Shown here: positions 62,661 to 64,000 of the stretch, piece by piece
How positions within the stretch are numbered: the first letter of the stretch is position 1
Layout: every line of letters starts with the position of its first letter
Position numbers and translations under genes: made by a program
Assembly (NCBI RefSeq): GCF_963921235.1
Contig: NC_086108.1
Location: forward strand, 94,614,001 to 94,678,000
Direction: 5' to 3'
DNA from: Mobula hypostoma
Taxonomy: Eukaryota
Length of the DNA: 64,000 nucleotides
The notes under the pieces: generated by a model
What the model was told of the DNA's origin: nothing
The model's database searches: none
Seen by the model: only the letters and a program-made list of their open reading frames with translations

Positions 62661-63714
62661 ATGAAGTTTGCTTTTTGTAAAATTAACTAATTTCCATCAC
62701 ACAATAGGTATTTCTATTCATAGTACCAAAAAAATTCTGTCAACAGCAACACACGCTTTTTGCTCACCACTTCAGGGGAATAATTGTTTACTTGTTAAAC
62801 GTTTTTGGAAAACATTTCAGGTTCCCTAAAGGCCCTGTGATAACAACGTTGACTTAATGAAAGAAATCACAAGGAACCAGGCTTAGCTCCTGGATTTGGA
62901 GAGCAGAGGGAGGGAGCTACACCTGGAGTTTGGTTGTGGGTGTTGTACGGAACATCGAGGATTCGGGTAGTGGTGCTCAATACTGCCTCATCTCTCCCAT
63001 TGGACTTACCTCCTCCAGTCACTAAGGAATGTCAAATAGTCTCTCGCTCTCTACTACGTGTGCAAAAATGAATGGTGGAGATCTAGAGGATGATGAGAGA
63101 GATAGACATTTGTTCCAATCCGTTCACAACCATGAACATTTATACACGTTTGTACTTCCTCAGGAGGCTGACGAAATCTGGCATATCCCCTTTGACACTC
63201 ACAGGTTTTTGTTGGTGCGTCCTAACCAGATGCTTGGTACAGCCGTGACTGCAACAAACTGCGGAAAGTTATGGAACAACTCAGTACATTACACTCACCA
63301 GCCTCCCCTCTGTGGGCTCTATCCATACCTCTCACTGCCTCGGAAAAGCAGTGAGTAGAATCAAAGACCCACCCGGCCCTCTCTTTTCCACACTCACATT
63401 GGGTTGAAGATATAAAATTCTGAAAGCACATACCACCAGGATCAAGGACAGCTTCTACTCCACAGCTATGACGATTGAATGTTTCTCTAGTACAATATGA
63501 TGGGCTCAACCTCACAATCTACCTTGCTGTGACCTTGTACCTTACTGTCTGCACATTCCCTGTAACTGTAACACTTCATTCTGCACTCTGTTATTGTTTT
63601 ACCTCGTACTACTTCAATGCACCTTTGTAATGAATTGATCTGTATGAATTGAATGCAAGACACCTTAAAAACCAACTTACCTATGTGTTTCTTACCAATT
63701 TACTTTACTTATAT

Positions 63715-64000
63715 TTCATGAACAGTTTGAGGAGATTTGGTATGTCACCAAGGACTCTAGCAAATTGCTACAGGTGTGCCGTGCAGAGCATGCTGACTGG
63801 TTGCATCAGTGTCTGGTCTGGTGGGGCCACTTCACAGGAGCAGAACAAGCTGTACAGGGTTGCAAACTCAGCCAGTTCCATCGCAGGCACTAGCCTCCCC
63901 AGGATTGAGGACATCTTCAAAAGACCATGCCTCAAAAAGGCAGCACCCATGATTAAGGACCCTCACCATCCAAAGCATGCTCTCTTCTCAATACTACCAC
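63715..64000 (+). mobile_element. Rex1/Babar-type LINE fragment (runs off the window)
   Basis: LRRFGMS, LTGCISVW, SLPRIEDIFKRPCLKKAA..IKDPHHP. Confidence 0.78.

Overview
Eukaryotic, repeat-dense genomic DNA. The mix of CR1 LINEs, Rex1/Babar-type LINEs, Penelope-like elements, V-SINEs and Tc1/pogo transposons suggests a cartilaginous fish, probably a ray (inference). One host gene is supported: the 5' part of a minus-strand gelsolin-family gene closest to scinderin/scinderin-like. It has six coding exons at 16774-8897 (about 290 aa, domains G1, G2 and part of G3), all with GT-AG boundaries, plus a probable non-coding exon 1 and CCAAT/TATA/Inr promoter at about 25.3-25.4 kb. I could not find the remaining exons, which probably lie left of the window. 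Nearly all other ORF-track entries are transposon debris or chance ORFs. Notable points: many Penelope-borne minimal hammerhead ribozymes, including a TSD-flanked fold-back insertion with two opposed hammerheads; an intronic 236-bp inverted repeat; a triplicated non-coding block around the promoter; a stop-free in-frame 84-nt intron; and several nested insertions. I see no evidence for a new multi-gene system. Repeat boundaries without TSD or TIR evidence are approximate.
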